DNA of 63,520 nucleotides, counting the filler, from Octopus bimaculoides (lineage: Eukaryota): assembly GCF_001194135.2 (NCBI RefSeq). It is 7 parts of 6 records of this genome, joined end to end, with 100 filler letters (N's around TTAATTAATTAA, not from the genome) between each part and the next. Parts side by side here need not be neighbours in the genome. Positions count along the whole stretch, not along the records: positions 21,881 to 51,052 come from NC_068982.1; positions 51,153 to 56,143 come from NC_068988.1; positions 56,244 to 62,262 come from NC_069010.1; positions 62,363 to 63,520 come from NW_026337362.1; 3 more parts are not named here. The stretch is one strand, 5' to 3'. Position numbers and translations under genes: made by a program. Positions 50,530 through 63,492 of the stretch are shown here, piece after piece; position 1 is the first letter of the stretch; the number at the start of each line of letters is the position of its first letter. The notes beneath the pieces were generated by a model. It was given only the letters and a program-made list of their open reading frames with translations. It did no database searches and had not been told where the DNA came from.

Positions 50530-51031
50530 CAGGGTTATTCAAAAAGAACGAACCGATTTCATTACGCAATATTTTAATAAAGAAAGGCAATAGAAAACTC
50601 CAGCTAAGTCCCAAGTATTTACTCACAATCAACTTTTATTTCCTGTCAGACAAGTGTTCAATATAGCCACCACCTGCAGCATGGGCAACATCAATGCGAT
50701 AAGAAAATTCCTCCCAGACGCGTATCAGCATTTCACGATCCACTGAGTTGATCGCTGTTGTTATTCGATGTTTAAGGTCATCGAGGTTAGTGGGTAGCGG
50801 TGGAACATAAACGCGATCTTTGACATAACACCACAAGAGAAAAAAAAAAAAAAATCACACACGGTGAGGTCTGGGGAAATTTATTGTGATATGCTGATAC
50901 GCGTCTGGAAGGAATTCCCTTATCGCATTGACATTGCCCATGCTGCAGGTAGTGGCCACATTGAATACAGGAAATAAAAGTTATTAAAGTACTGCGTAAT
51001 GAAATCGGTTCATTCTGTTTGAATAACCCTG
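50530..51031. mobile_element. Tc1-like foldback element made of two inverted 3' ends, TA TSD
   Basis: About 50-bp TIRs CAGGGTTATTCAAA.AGAA.GAACCGATTTCATTACGCA; both arms encode MLIRVW.EF.YRID.AHAAG.G.IE. Confidence 0.88.
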
Positions 51032-51174
51032 TATATATGTGTGTGTGTATGTNNNNNNNNNNNNNNNNNNNNNNNNNNNNNNNNNNNNNNNNNNNNTTAA
51101 TTAATTAANNNNNNNNNNNNNNNNNNNNNNNNNNNNNNNNNNNNNNNNNNNNAGGTTGCGTCTGGAGCCAAGAT

Positions 51175-51540
51175 TTTACCTCGGAAATAAGTTCATCATC
51201 ATCTGAAAAGTGCTTCCCCTGTGGAAGTCAAATGGTGCGAGGTTGGGAGAGTAAGGGGGATGAGGAAGAATTTCATAGCCGCAGACGTGTGCTTTTATCT
51301 GGGCAACATGCGCATTGTGAACTGGTACGTTTTCTTGAAGGAGGCGGACTCCTTTGGTCAGCATGCCACGCCTCTCTGCTTTGATGGTGTCCCGCAATTT
51401 CTGCAGCAGAGAAGCATAATATGTCTCGTTAACTGTGGTGCCCTTTGCCAAAAAATCCATCATCACTATTTCGCGTTGGTCCCCAAAAAACTGTGAGCAT
51501 TACCTTGCCTGCTGAGTGTTGGACACGCGCCTTCTTTGGA
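51175..51540 (-). mobile_element. mariner transposase catalytic fragment
   Basis: AGKVMLTVFW..DFLAKGTTVNETYYASLLQKLR..LLQENVPVHNA..HPPYSPNLAPFDFH. Confidence 0.9.
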
Positions 51541-53480
51541 GGTAGTGTGTAGTGGTTAGCGATCTATCATATCTTTATTCTGTGTCTGCATATGTATATT
51601 TCCGCTCTCTTGGCGGTGCTTTTGCTGCCAGTTTCAAAAAGTACTGTTACCTAAACAGGTTGAAGGTCCTGTCATTCGTACCAAACCATCAGCATCTAAA
51701 ATATCAGCTATAATCCTAATCCACTCTAGTGTTGCCTTAAAATCTGAAAACAACACAAAAGGGAGATAGCTCTAATAAAAACTGCTGATTGACTTTTCAT
51801 AACAACGTAGATGACGCAAATTTAGAATAAAACTGTTTTTTAAATAAAACAAATTGTCAGATTTGATTATTTTTCAGCTTATTCCTAAATAGTCATTCGC
51901 TAATAGACACGGCGGTATCTTTGTACATTATCATACTCAATCGATTATTTCGAATCTGTGAATAAAAGAATAGTTTAAATAAATAGCATGTGTTATGGGC
52001 GCAGTTATAGCTGTGTGCTTGATAAAAGATTATATTATATGGAAAGTTTAGAATTAGCCCACCTCTTCAGAGGAGCCGAAGCCATGTTAACCACAGGTGT
52101 GTGAACTTGTGTGTGTGGTGTGGTGTGGTGTGGTAGTGGTGGTGGTGGTGGTGGTGGTGTGTGTGTATTGTATCTGTGTATTTCTTGTTAGGTCTTGTTT
52201 AATAAATTATATTAGCAGTTGGTGGCGTAGAATATTTCTAACAACTTTTGGCTAGGCAGAGAATATTTGCGTTTAGCAGCTACACTGTCTCATAATGTTC
52301 AATTGAACAGTATTCTAGTGACGGTTTCTACTTGGGTTTTGTAGACTTTTCAGGAAATGGTAAATGTAGAACTATTTTCCCTGTGTGTTTTCTCTGCTAG
52401 TATTTCTAAATGCATGCGTTTACAAACACGCACCCATATAAGACAAAGTATAATAGTCATATTTCTCTATCTAGATTCGTTCACTGATATATATATATAT
52501 ATANNNNNNNNNNNNNNNNNNNNNNNNNNNNNNNNNNNNNNNNNNNNNNNNNNNNNNNNNNNNNNNNNNNNNNNNNNNNNNNNNNNNNNNNNNNNNNNNN
52601 NNNNNNNNNNNNNNNNNNNNNNNNNNNNNNNNNNNNNNNNNNNNNNNNNNNNNNNNNNNNNNNNNNNNNNNNNNNNNNNNNNNNNNNNNNNNNNNNNNNN
52701 NNNNNNNNNNNNNNNNNNNNNNNNNNNNNNNNNNNNNNNNNNNNNNNNNNNNNNNNNNNNNNNNNNNNNNNNNNNNNNNNNNNNNNNNNNNNNNNNNNNN
52801 NNNNNNNNNNNNNNNNNNNNNNNNNNNNNNNNNNNNNNNNNNNNNNNNNNNNNNNNNNNNNNNNNNNNNNNNNNNNNNNNNNNNNNNNNNNNNNNNNNNN
52901 NNNNNNNNNNNNNNNNNNNNNNNNNNNNNNNNNNNNNNNNNNNNNNNNNNNNNNNNNNNNNNNNNNNNNNNNNNNNNNNNNNNNNNNNNNNNNNNNNNNN
53001 NNNNNNNNNNNNNNNNNNNNNNNNNNNNNNNNNNNNNNNNNNNNNNNNNNNNNNNNNNNNNNNNNNNNNNNNNNNNNNNNNNNNNNNNNNNNNNNNNNNN
53101 NNNNNNNNNNNNNNNNNNNNNNNNNNNNNNNNNNNNNNNNNNNNNNNNNNNNNNNNNNNNNNNNNNNNNNNNNNNNNNNNNNNNNNNNNNNNNNNNNNNN
53201 NNNNNNNNNNNNNNNNNNNNNNNNNNNNNNNNNNNNNNNNNNNNNNNNNNNNNNNNNNNNNNNNNNNNNNNNNNNNNNNNNNNNNNNNNNNNNNNNNNNN
53301 NNNNNNNNNNNNNNNNNNNNNNNNNNNNNNNNNNNNNNNNNNNNNNNNNNNNNNNNNNNNNNNNNNNNNNNNNNNNNNNNNNNNNNNNNNNNNNNNNNNN
53401 NNNNNNNNNNNNNNNNNNNNNNNNNNNNNNTATATATATATGTATATATATATGTATATATATGTATACGTATACATATA

Positions 53481-53730
53481 AATTCTTTTCTTTGTTTCAG
53501 TCATTTGAATGCGGCCATGCTGGTGCGCCGGCTTTAGTCGAGCAAATCGACCAGGACTTATTCTTTGTAAGCCTAGTACTTAATCTATGGCTCTCTTCTT
53601 ACCGTCTACCAAATTCACTCACGAGCCTATAGCAGAAGACTTCTGCCCAAGGTGACAGGTGCCGTGTAATGAGACTGAACTTGGAACCATGTGGTTGGTA
53701 AGCAAGCTACTTACCGCAAAGCCACTCCTG
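53481..53730 (-). mobile_element. SINE family A, middle deleted
   Basis: Tail (..AAGCCTAGTACT..) is joined directly to head (CCGTCTACCAAAT..GGAACCATGTGGTTGGTAAGCAAGCTACTTACC). Confidence 0.8.
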
Positions 53731-53889
53731 CACATATATATATGTATGTGTATAAATATATATATGTACTCATGCATATACACATATGCATATACACAAA
53801 TGCATACACACACATATACACACATATACACACAGATACAAATAGAGACGTACATAGGCACACATACACACACACACACATACTCAAAC

Positions 53890-53923
<34 letters not shown>

Positions 53924-54544
53924 GCACATGCATGCGTGTACATACACACGCACATATTGAGAATCACCAATGAGGAGACCATCAGAAAGTTACAAAAAAT
54001 AGAAGCACTAAGCGATAAAATGAAAATAATTAAATAAATGAATTAACTGATAAAGAGAAAGTAATACGGAATGTCAGTGAACAAACACCTTGTAAACTGA
54101 TGAAGAGGAAAGAAAAAAAAAGAAAGAAAGAAAGAATCGAAGAGAGAAAGAAAGAGAAAGAGAAAAACAGACGGAGGGAGAGGGAGGTGGGAGAGAGACT
54201 GACATATAGACGGATAGGAAGAGAGAATAGATTTGGTAGAGGGTAAAAACTATTTCTAACGTCACAACGGAACTATTGTCAATACAAGGCAGAAGAGAAG
54301 TCAATAACATAAATATATACAACACTATTAATAATAGATAATTGTTTAAATATGATCCTAGTTACTATTTTTTTTTTGAGTGGGGGTAGGGATTATTTTT
54401 TTGGGAGGTGGGGAGGGTTATATTTTTACATTTGAAAAGTCTCCTACTCTTCCTCTGGTAGCTTCCTCAAAAAGAAAGTCCCTTTTATATTTGTGTATGT
54501 GAGAGCGACACATACTTTCATATATGTATTGTATACACCTCTCC

Positions 54545-54595
<51 letters not shown>

Positions 54596-55897
54596 NNNNN
54601 NNNNNNNNNNNNNNNNNNNNNNNNNNNNNNNNNNNNNNNNNNNNNNNNNNNNNNNNNNNNNNNNNNNNNNNNNNNNNNNNNNNNNNNNNNNNNNNNNNNN
54701 NNNNNNNNNNNNNNNNNNNNNNNNNNNNNNNNNNNNNNNNNNNNNNNNNNNNNNNNNNNNNNNNNNNNNNNNNNNNNNNNNNNNNNNNNNNNNNNNNNNN
54801 NNNNNNNNNNNNNNNNNNNNNNNNNNNNNNNNNNNNNNNNNNNNNNNNNNNNNNNNNNNNNNNNNNNNNNNNNNNNNNNNNNNNNNNNNNNNNNNNNNNN
54901 NNNNNNNNNNNNNNNNNNNNNNNNNNNNNNNNNNNNNNNNNNNNNNNNNNNNNNNNNNNNNNNNNNNNNNNNNNNNNNNNNNNNNNNNNNNNNNNNNNNN
55001 NNNNNNNNNNNNNNNNNNNNNNNNNNNNNNNNNNNNNNNNNNNNNNNNNNNNNNNNNNNNNNNNNNNNNNNNNNNNNNNNNNNNNNNNNNNNNNNNNNNN
55101 NNNNNNNNNNNNNNNNNNNNNNNNNNNNNNNNNNNNNNNNNNNNNNNNNNNNNNNNNNNNNNNNNNNNNNNNNNNNNNNNNNNNNNNNNNNNNNNNNNNN
55201 NNNNNNNNNNNNNNNNNNNNNNNNNNNNNNNNNNNNNNNNNNNNNNNNNNNNNNNNNNNNNNNNNNNNNNNNNNNNNNNNNNNNNNNNNNNNNNNNNNNN
55301 NNNNNNNNNNNNNNNNNNNNNNNNNNNNNNNNNNNNNNNNNNNNNNNNNNNNNNATATATATATATATATACTCCACCAATTTTCTTAGTTATAATAAAG
55401 AGGTCTTCTTAAATACTTCTTAATGCTTGTATTTAGGTCATTCACAGGATTTTTGTATCAAGATGCTTCAGTTCTGAGAAAACGTAGCAACTTGTTGCGC
55501 CAGTATTCACAAACGTTCGTGGGAAACCCGTTTAGACGTTTGTGGAAATTCTCTCCCGTTGCTGAAAAGTTAGGCGTGAGAATGGAATAGCTTCCATAAT
55601 TAAGGATCAGAAGACTCTTCAGGTGTTTCAGACGTAGCTTTTTCAGAGAACAACAACAGAAACAATAATGATAATAATAATAATAACAATTAACAGTAGA
55701 AACAACTGTAACAAACAATAATAACAACAATGACAATAACAGTGGCAACAAGCTGGACTATGATTGGACGAAAATGTCAGTCACGAGAGCGTAGTCGGCT
55801 GAGACAAGCGGGAGAGAGAATATCTATTTATCTATTTCGTTACCTACCTACTTACTAACACATGTGAAAATTAATATACCTGTGTATGTATTACTTA

Positions 55898-55953
<56 letters not shown>

Positions 55954-56477
55954 TATATACGTATACACATGCACACACATGCACGCACGCACACACATAT
56001 ATACGCACAGATTCACTCATAAATGCAGGTGTCTATATACATACATATATACACATATATAGACATATGTATGTACACCTATAAATACATATGTGCATAT
56101 GCACATACACACATACTTATACATATATGAATATATATATATANNNNNNNNNNNNNNNNNNNNNNNNNNNNNNNNNNNNNNNNNNNNTTAATTAATTAAN
56201 NNNNNNNNNNNNNNNNNNNNNNNNNNNNNNNNNNNNNNNNNNNTGTGTGTGTGTGTGTATAGCCAACTATATACCCATACACGTGTATATGAATGGTGGA
56301 TATATGAGCACGTGTATACATGTATATATGAGTGTATGTATGGTGTGTTTATGTATATGTAATATGTTGTTTTTACTATTATATATATATATGGATATAT
56401 GTATGCGTGAGTGTATATGTGCACATGTGTGTGTGTGTGCTCATACGTATACATGGCTATTACTATTACTATTATTA

Positions 56478-56525
<48 letters not shown>

Positions 56526-57499
56526 GTAGTAGTAGTAGTAGTAGTATCATTGTTGTTGTTGTTGCTATTTCTATTCTTGTTCTTATGTTCATCGTTGTCG
56601 TTTTCGCTGTTGTTATTGTTTATGCTCAACATCCTTCTAAGCCGATCTCTCAAGAAAATTGGATTTTCTTTGCTTTACTTCACAGAATCTAATCCTTTAT
56701 TATTATTTTTTTTTATACAAAAAAATATTTTGCTACTCAAGAGACTTCGAAACGACTGGACACCAATGTCAATTACCCGGAGGTTAGAGAAAAACGTCTG
56801 AATTTTAAACATTGAAATGAAATTGTTTAAATGTTCTTGACATTACAAAATTTACACATTAAAAGATTGCTGTCATAGACGAGGCATGAGGAGGTGCTTT
56901 CCATTGCAGTGTTAGTACTAAAACGTAAAGAAATATGCCCTCAAACGTTTATGAAATCACTCAGAAAAATTTGACATTTATACATGCATAACATAGGACA
57001 GATACACATATGCACACATTCAAATAATATTGAAAAATAAAATATATTTAATATGAAATAAAATCGTTTGCTGTCTCCATGGAGAAAAAAGAAAGTTAGA
57101 GGTGGGGCATGTTACAAAATGAGGTACTTCTTTACTCAGCGAATTTATCTCAGAAAAGAGTCAGGAAGAAGCTGATCTAGCTCTATTTTTCAAATGGTGG
57201 ATGTTTCCATATGCCTTTCAAGCCAGTGTTAGAAGGAACTTTGAACGTGTAAAAAGGTTGATAGTTGCAATAGAGACATTAGTCTCTCTTTATCACCTTT
57301 CAACATAATTATATATGAAGAAACAGTAGAACAATTAATAACATAATAAAAATAAGTTTTATTTTTTGATGATGCTTGGTTTTACAAATCCCGTGTCATT
57401 CAGCTTAGCAGCCGCTGATTAACTTGTAATTGGTATTGGAAGGTTAAGAGCTTCCTTGATGCATGCCAGAGGAGCAAGTAGCTATCACATCGATGGCAT

Positions 57500-58515
57500 T
57501 GTGGTGAAGAGTGCTTCGTTGAGGAGCGAGGTGTCGTCACGTCGAAGGTGTCGCGCTCAAGAGACTTACAAAGTGAAACAAACTCTTTAAGTACTAATTT
57601 TACTACACATGCGCACTCGAGGGGCTTCCGGAAAGGCAAGTCCCTTGCACATGTGCAGATAGTACTTCCTCAATGGCGGCTATAATTTCGCGCCACTACA
57701 AACGATTTATGGTATGATGTAAGTTCCATCTACTACGACAGGTTATGTGGAAATGTGCGGTTGGTCTTTAAGGCTATTGTGGAGGGAATTGGTAAATTCC
57801 GTGTTTTTCCTCTTAAAAGTGGTGCACCCGTCTACAGCGAGCTTTAGATGCTAGCCAGCAATCCATTGCTGCACTCTGTCCAAGATTGAAAGAAAAGATC
57901 TGTAGCACATGGAAAACCTTTGTTTTATCTCAAAGTACAGCTTAATGTTGTATTTTAATACTATAATATGATACAAGTTGGCATCGATTTCGTTAATGTA
58001 GGCAACAAATAACAGGGAAATAAGAACAGATCCTTGTGAGACAGCGAATATTGCGGCAAAAAGTGCAGAATGTTGTCGTAGTACCGCAACTGCTGCATTT
58101 TTTTTTTTTTTACCGTGAATAAATTTACTTCAAGAAGTTTATGAAGCTTAGCCTTCACATCCATTGCAGAGAGTTCCGCCATGAGTTGTTTGTGTGGCAA
58201 AGAATTAAAAACTTTTGCGAAGTCAAGCTAAATGCGTCCATTTATGAACTGTTGTCTGTAATTCGGGTGATATCTTCGAAAACTTCGATGAGTTGGTCAC
58301 AGAAGCTGAAATTAGGGATAAATCCGAATTGTGAAAGTCAAGTGTGGTTATGAGAGTTCCAGAAGAAGTTCCATAGTGTCTCTCTGAAACAAGATTTCAT
58401 TAATTTGACAATACGGCCGGTGAGAGTGACTGGACGATAATTGGTAAGTGATGTGTGACTACTGTTTTTGAACAGGGGAATAAACTGGCAATTTTCCATT
58501 GTTCTGAGGTTACGC
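57500..58515 (-). mobile_element. CR1/L2-type LINE RT fragment, old
   Basis: WKIASLFP..GFIPNFSFCDQLIEVFEDIT..LDFAK.FNSLPHKQLMAEL..VSQGSVLISLLFVAYINEI..DRVQQW. The left boundary is uncertain. Confidence 0.85.
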
Positions 58516-58751
58516 TGCTATTAAAGCTCACACACATACGCACGTACGCACACATACAAACACAATACACACACCACATACACATATGTACACACACACA
58601 CACACATATATAACCATATACACAACACACATCTCAAAAGATATTCACTTACAAATTAGCATAGTATTAAAATGAATTTTACAAATTTGTAAGAAAATAA
58701 GATCAAAATTTTATACATAATTTAAATGTCAAAGCAACTTGTAAATATGTA

Positions 58752-59045
58752 TGCTGAGTCATCCTATAAATAATGTGGGTTTTTTTATACATCTTTTATT
58801 TTTCAAAATTAAGATAAAATTCTTTTTAAATCTTAAATATACCTGCCGTCATTTTCTACGGTGCTCTTCCATCGATCTGGTAGACTTGCAAGGCCTCTCT
58901 TCCAAAATTCATTTGTCCGTGACGAAAAATACTCCTCCAGTACTGTTCTGACTTTATCTGAATTCATATTTTCTCCCTTCCAAATGATTTTGAAGACTAC
59001 GGAATAAACGATAATCAGATGGAGTAATGCCTGGCGAATATGTGG
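58752..59045 (-). mobile_element. mariner 3' end with TIR
   Basis: SPGITPSDYRLFRSLQNH..EYFSSRTNEFWKRGLASLPDRWKSTVENDGRYI; terminus GAGTCATCCTATAAATAATG. Confidence 0.85.
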
Positions 59046-59049
59046 GTGG

Positions 59050-59665
59050 GGCATCGTTTACCATTCAGCCATGGGAGCCAGTCAGACGGCACTGGCATTG
59101 GCCACATTTGGATGTTGCTTTTTATGTGCTACCGGCACAGGAGCTAGTCGGGGTAGGAGAGGGCTGGCATCTACCACATTCAGATGGTGCTTTTTACGTG
59201 TCACTGACACAGGGAGCCAGTCAGGCAGCACTAGCAACAACCCACGCATGAATGGTGCTTATTGCATGCCACCAGTGGACTTGCGGTCATAGGATCGCGG
59301 TTTCGATTCCCAGGCCAGGCATTGTGAGTGTTTATTGAGTGAAAACACCTAAAGCTCCACGAGGCTCTGGCAGGGGGTGGTGGCGAACCCTGCTGTACTC
59401 TTCCACCACAACTTTCTCTCACTCTTACTTTCTGTTTCTGTTGTACCTGTAATTCAAAGGGTCAGCCTTGTCACACTCTGTGTCACGCTGAATATCCCCG
59501 AGAACTACGTTAAGGGTACACGTGTCTGAGGAGTGCTCAGCCACTTGCATGTTAATTTCACAAGCAGGCTCTTCTGTTGATCGTATCAACTGGAACCCTC
59601 AACGTCGTAAGCGATGGAGTGCATGCCACCAGCACGAGAGCCAGTCAAGCGGCACTGGCATCGGT
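59050..59665 (+). repeat. Approximately 66-bp minisatellite (GGAGCCAGTCA..GCACTGGCAT..CCAC..ATGGTGCTTTTTA.GTG.CAC), interrupted by a SINE
   Basis: Unit starts at 59074, 59140, 59213 and about 59637. Confidence 0.8.
59276..59619 (+). mobile_element. SINE family C, 5'-truncated, 13-bp TSD
   Basis: TGCATGCCACCAG at 59263-59275 and 59620-59632; body is the reverse complement of 62573-62968. Confidence 0.9.
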
Positions 59666-60643
59666 CACAACTACAATTTCCATTTTTGATTGTGATTTGA
59701 TTTTTGATTTTACTTGACACAATAGGTCTCCTCAAACATGGCCTGTTATCCGACGATTCAAAGGTACTTTTTAAATGGGCTGGTTATGCGACAGTGCTAT
59801 AGGCTACGGCTCTGATCTCACTTTACTTGCTGGGTCTTCTCAATCACAGCGGTCTCATTCTCTTGTCATTGCTTGAACCTTTATAGAGCTCATCTAGAGG
59901 TATTGGCTTCAAGTTGCAGTTTCACAATGAATGACACATCCAGTAATCCACAAATATCCATAGAGTGTATCATATAAAAACGTGTTAACATAAGAGATTG
60001 GATGGAGCAAACATGCTTTATTGCATTATACTGTAATTATTTCATCTTCACCTTACCAACAGACACTTTCAAAATATTATTATATTATCATATAATACAG
60101 TTAATATATTGCATTGCAATAGTATAATTTCAGCAACATTGACAAATGAAGACTCCTCCATTATGAACCTCTGTGTGTGTGCGTGTGAGTGTGAGTGCAT
60201 GTGTGTGTGTGTGATTGTTAGTGTATGTGTGTCTTTGTTTTGTGTGTGTGTGTGTCTTTGCGTGTGTGTATGTCTTTGTGTGTGTGTGTGTTTGTGCATG
60301 TGTGTGATTGTTAGTGTATGTGCATCTTTGTGTGTGTGTCTTTGTGTATGTGTATTTGTGTGTGTGTGTGTGTGATTGTTAGTGTATGTGTGTGTATCTT
60401 TGTGTAGGTGTATGTGTGTCTGTTAGTGTGTCTGTATGTGTGTCTGTTAGTGTATGTGTGTCTGTTAGTGTATGTATGTGTGCGTCTTTGTGTGTGTGTG
60501 TGCGCGCGCACGCAGTCGAATCAAAGAATGAACAGGCAGGCAATCGCCTCAGTTTAGAGCTTGGAATTTATATATCTAAACATAATTGTAGAGAAGAGTG
60601 GAGTATATTGTAGGAACGAAGGAGTAAGAAGGTGTGCAGATAG

Positions 60644-60745
60644 TCCCTTACAGCTGTTTCCAGAATAGATGTGCATATAGTGTACAGGGTACATTTATAT
60701 AGTACATTTTCAATGTATTAGCAGACTAGTCAATCTTCAGAGAGA
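60644..60745 (-). ncRNA. Type I hammerhead with intact core and weak stem II
   Basis: Minus strand: TCTCT CTGAAGA..(73 nt)..GAAAC AGCT GTA AGGGA; stem I 5 bp including one G.U; palindromic ACAGCTGT stem III. Confidence 0.55.
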
Positions 60746-61131
60746 AAAGATTTGACTTGGATCCTTCGTAGAGGATTTCAGAGGATTTTAGAAATTAGCG
60801 GCTCTTTTGTCAAAGAGAAATTGCAGTAAATTATTTGCGGAAGGCTCGTGGGCTACAGTTGGCGGCATAAAGGAAAGATAGGAGTATACAGTCATGAAGC
60901 AATATCAAATTCCAAGGGAAGATGATTTGAGAAGAATGGATTATAGGGGAGGGAGACTAGAACTGAAATGTGGTAATCGATTACTTTGAATAAAGCAATC
61001 TGGAACCATAGCATAAGACACTTGCTCATGGAACCAGGATGTGGGACTATACCTAAAATCTCATTGTTGGAACGTAAACTTCTTCACATGTACATATGTA
61101 TGTACATACATACATACATATATATATATAC

Positions 61132-61176
<45 letters not shown>

Positions 61177-61540
61177 TGGTTTTGTGTGAATGTATGTGTA
61201 TATATATATATAATTATATATATATATACATATATATAAATAATAATATATACCTATATACATATATGTATATATGTATATATATATATACATACATATA
61301 TATATATCACGATGATGATGATATATATATATATATACAAATATATATACATACTTTTATATANNNNNNNNNNNNNNNNNNNNNNNNNNNNNNNNNNNNN
61401 NNNNNNNNNNNNNNNNNNNNNNNNNNNNNNNNNNNNNNNNNNNNNNNNNNNNNNNNNNNNNNNNNNNNNNNNNNNNNNNNNNNNNNNNNNNNNNNNNNNN
61501 NNNNNNNNNNNNNNNNNNNNNNNNNNNNNNNNNNNNNNNN

Positions 61541-61594
<54 letters not shown>

Positions 61595-61946
61595 GCATAT
61601 ATATATACATATACCTGTATAAATTTATATATACATATATATATGTATGTATGTACATAAAAGGTTGCATGTAAGAAAGTAATAAACACATGGTTTTGTG
61701 TAATATAAGTGCACATGCACATGTGTGTATGCATATGTAGAGCATGTGCGATTCTGTGATTTTTTTTATGGGGACTGATTTCCAAAATATTGTGAGTGCA
61801 TAAATCTATTCTACACATTTTAGAGAGTGTATGTGATGTGTCATGTGATTTGTATGTGTTTATATAACGTGAAAGTATATATGTATATAAATACATACAT
61901 ACACACACACATATATATATATATATGTATGTATGCATACATACAC

Positions 61947-61997
<51 letters not shown>

Positions 61998-62123
61998 AAT
62001 ATATATATACACATATGTATATGTGTGTATATATGTATGTATATAGCTACACATATGCATGTACACATGTAAATATGTAGATAACATATACTTATATATG
62101 TATACATATACATAAATATATGC

Positions 62124-62158
<35 letters not shown>

Positions 62159-62572
62159 GATATATGTATATTTATATGTATACATATGCATACATATATA
62201 TATATATATATAGATATATGTATATTTATATGTATACATATGCATACATATATATATATATANNNNNNNNNNNNNNNNNNNNNNNNNNNNNNNNNNNNNN
62301 NNNNNNTTAATTAATTAANNNNNNNNNNNNNNNNNNNNNNNNNNNNNNNNNNNNNNNNNNNNTTTTATCTGAATTTATTTTAAGGTAGTAAATATTTTTC
62401 TTTTGAAAATTAGTATTTGTTTCATCATTTTGATAAGCACAAAGAAACTTGTTAAAGTTAAATTATGATTAATGTGTTTTAAGCCGTATTACTTGATAAT
62501 AAAACCTTGGTAGTAGAAATATACTTCATGAGTTACCCATCATATAACGGGTAACACTCTAGATAATAGATA

Positions 62573-62968
62573 TTGAGTGTTGGCACTCCGTCGCTTACGA
62601 CGTCGAGAGTTCCAGTTGATCCAATCAACGGAACAGCCTGCTCGTGAAATTAACGTGCAAGTGGCTGAGCACTCCACAGACACGTGTACCCTTAATGTAG
62701 TTCTCGGGAAGATTCAGCGTGACACAGTGTGACAAGGCTGACCCTTTGAAATACAAGTACAACAGAAACAGGAAGTAAGAGTGAGAGAAAGCTGTGGTGG
62801 AAGAGTACAGCAAGGTTCGCCACCATCCCCTGCCGGAGTCTCGTGGAGCCTTTAGGTGTTTTTGCCCAATAAACATTCACAACGCCAGGTCTGGGAATCG
62901 AAACCGCAATCCTATGACCACGAGTCCGCTGCCCTAACCACTGGGCCACTGGGCCATTGCGCCTCTAC
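62573..62968 (-). mobile_element. SINE family C, full length
   Basis: A box TGGCCCAGTGG (locally duplicated), B box GGTTTCGATTCCC; flanking AGATAATAGATA at 62561-62572 and 62969-62980 is a probable TSD. Confidence 0.9.
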
Positions 62969-63119
62969 AGATAATAGATATAACAAACAAATTTTAAACA
63001 ATCCTGGTTGAAATGGGAAATAATAAATACTGTTATCGTGTGTAAATGGATATGTGTGAGTGTATACTTACATACTGTTATGATATTGGATATATATAAT
63101 ACGATAGAGGTTGTCCTCT

Positions 63120-63492
63120 TTTATACTTTTACTCTTACTAGTTTCAGTCATTTGACTGTGGTCATGCTGGAGCACCACCTTTTTAGTCGAGCAAATCGAC
63201 CCCAAGACTTATTCTTTGTAAGCCTAGTACTTATTCTATCACCCTTTTGCCAAACCGCTAAGTTACGGGGACCTAAACACACCACCATCAGTTGTCAAGC
63301 GATGTTGGGGAGACAAACACTGACACACAAACATATGCACACATACATATATATATACATACATATATACGACGAGCTTCTTTCAGTTTCCGCCTACCAA
63401 ATCTACACACAAGGCTTTGACCGGCCCGAGGCTATAGTGGAAGACACTTGCCGAAGGTGCCACGCAGTTGGACTGAGCTCGGGACCATGTTC
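63120..63492 (-). mobile_element. SINE family A, near full length
   Basis: Colinear reverse complement of 8780-9120. Confidence 0.88.

Noticed and set aside
47315-59665. CRISPR-like or regularly spaced repeats (32-bp and 66-bp units)
   Set aside because: They are head-to-tail tandem units with no unique spacers and no cas genes, in a eukaryotic context.
62140-62262. Approximately 50-bp exact tandem duplication
   Set aside because: It is TA-rich and abuts an assembly spacer, so it is probably a contig-end overlap.
673-62314. Dozens of 200-440 aa ORFs in the track
   Set aside because: They are N gaps (X runs) plus translated microsatellites ([12 protein letters not shown]).
10904-62362. TTAATTAATTAA at 10948, 14336, 21825, 51097, 56188 and 62307, resembling a conserved homeodomain site or spacer array
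   Set aside because: Each copy I counted sits in a 44N-12bp-44N (100 bp) block. It is an assembler spacer with stops in all frames, not biological sequence.
3068-62968. tRNA genes
   Set aside because: A and B boxes occur only as SINE heads continuing into repeat bodies; I could not fold a full cloverleaf or find a T-run terminator.
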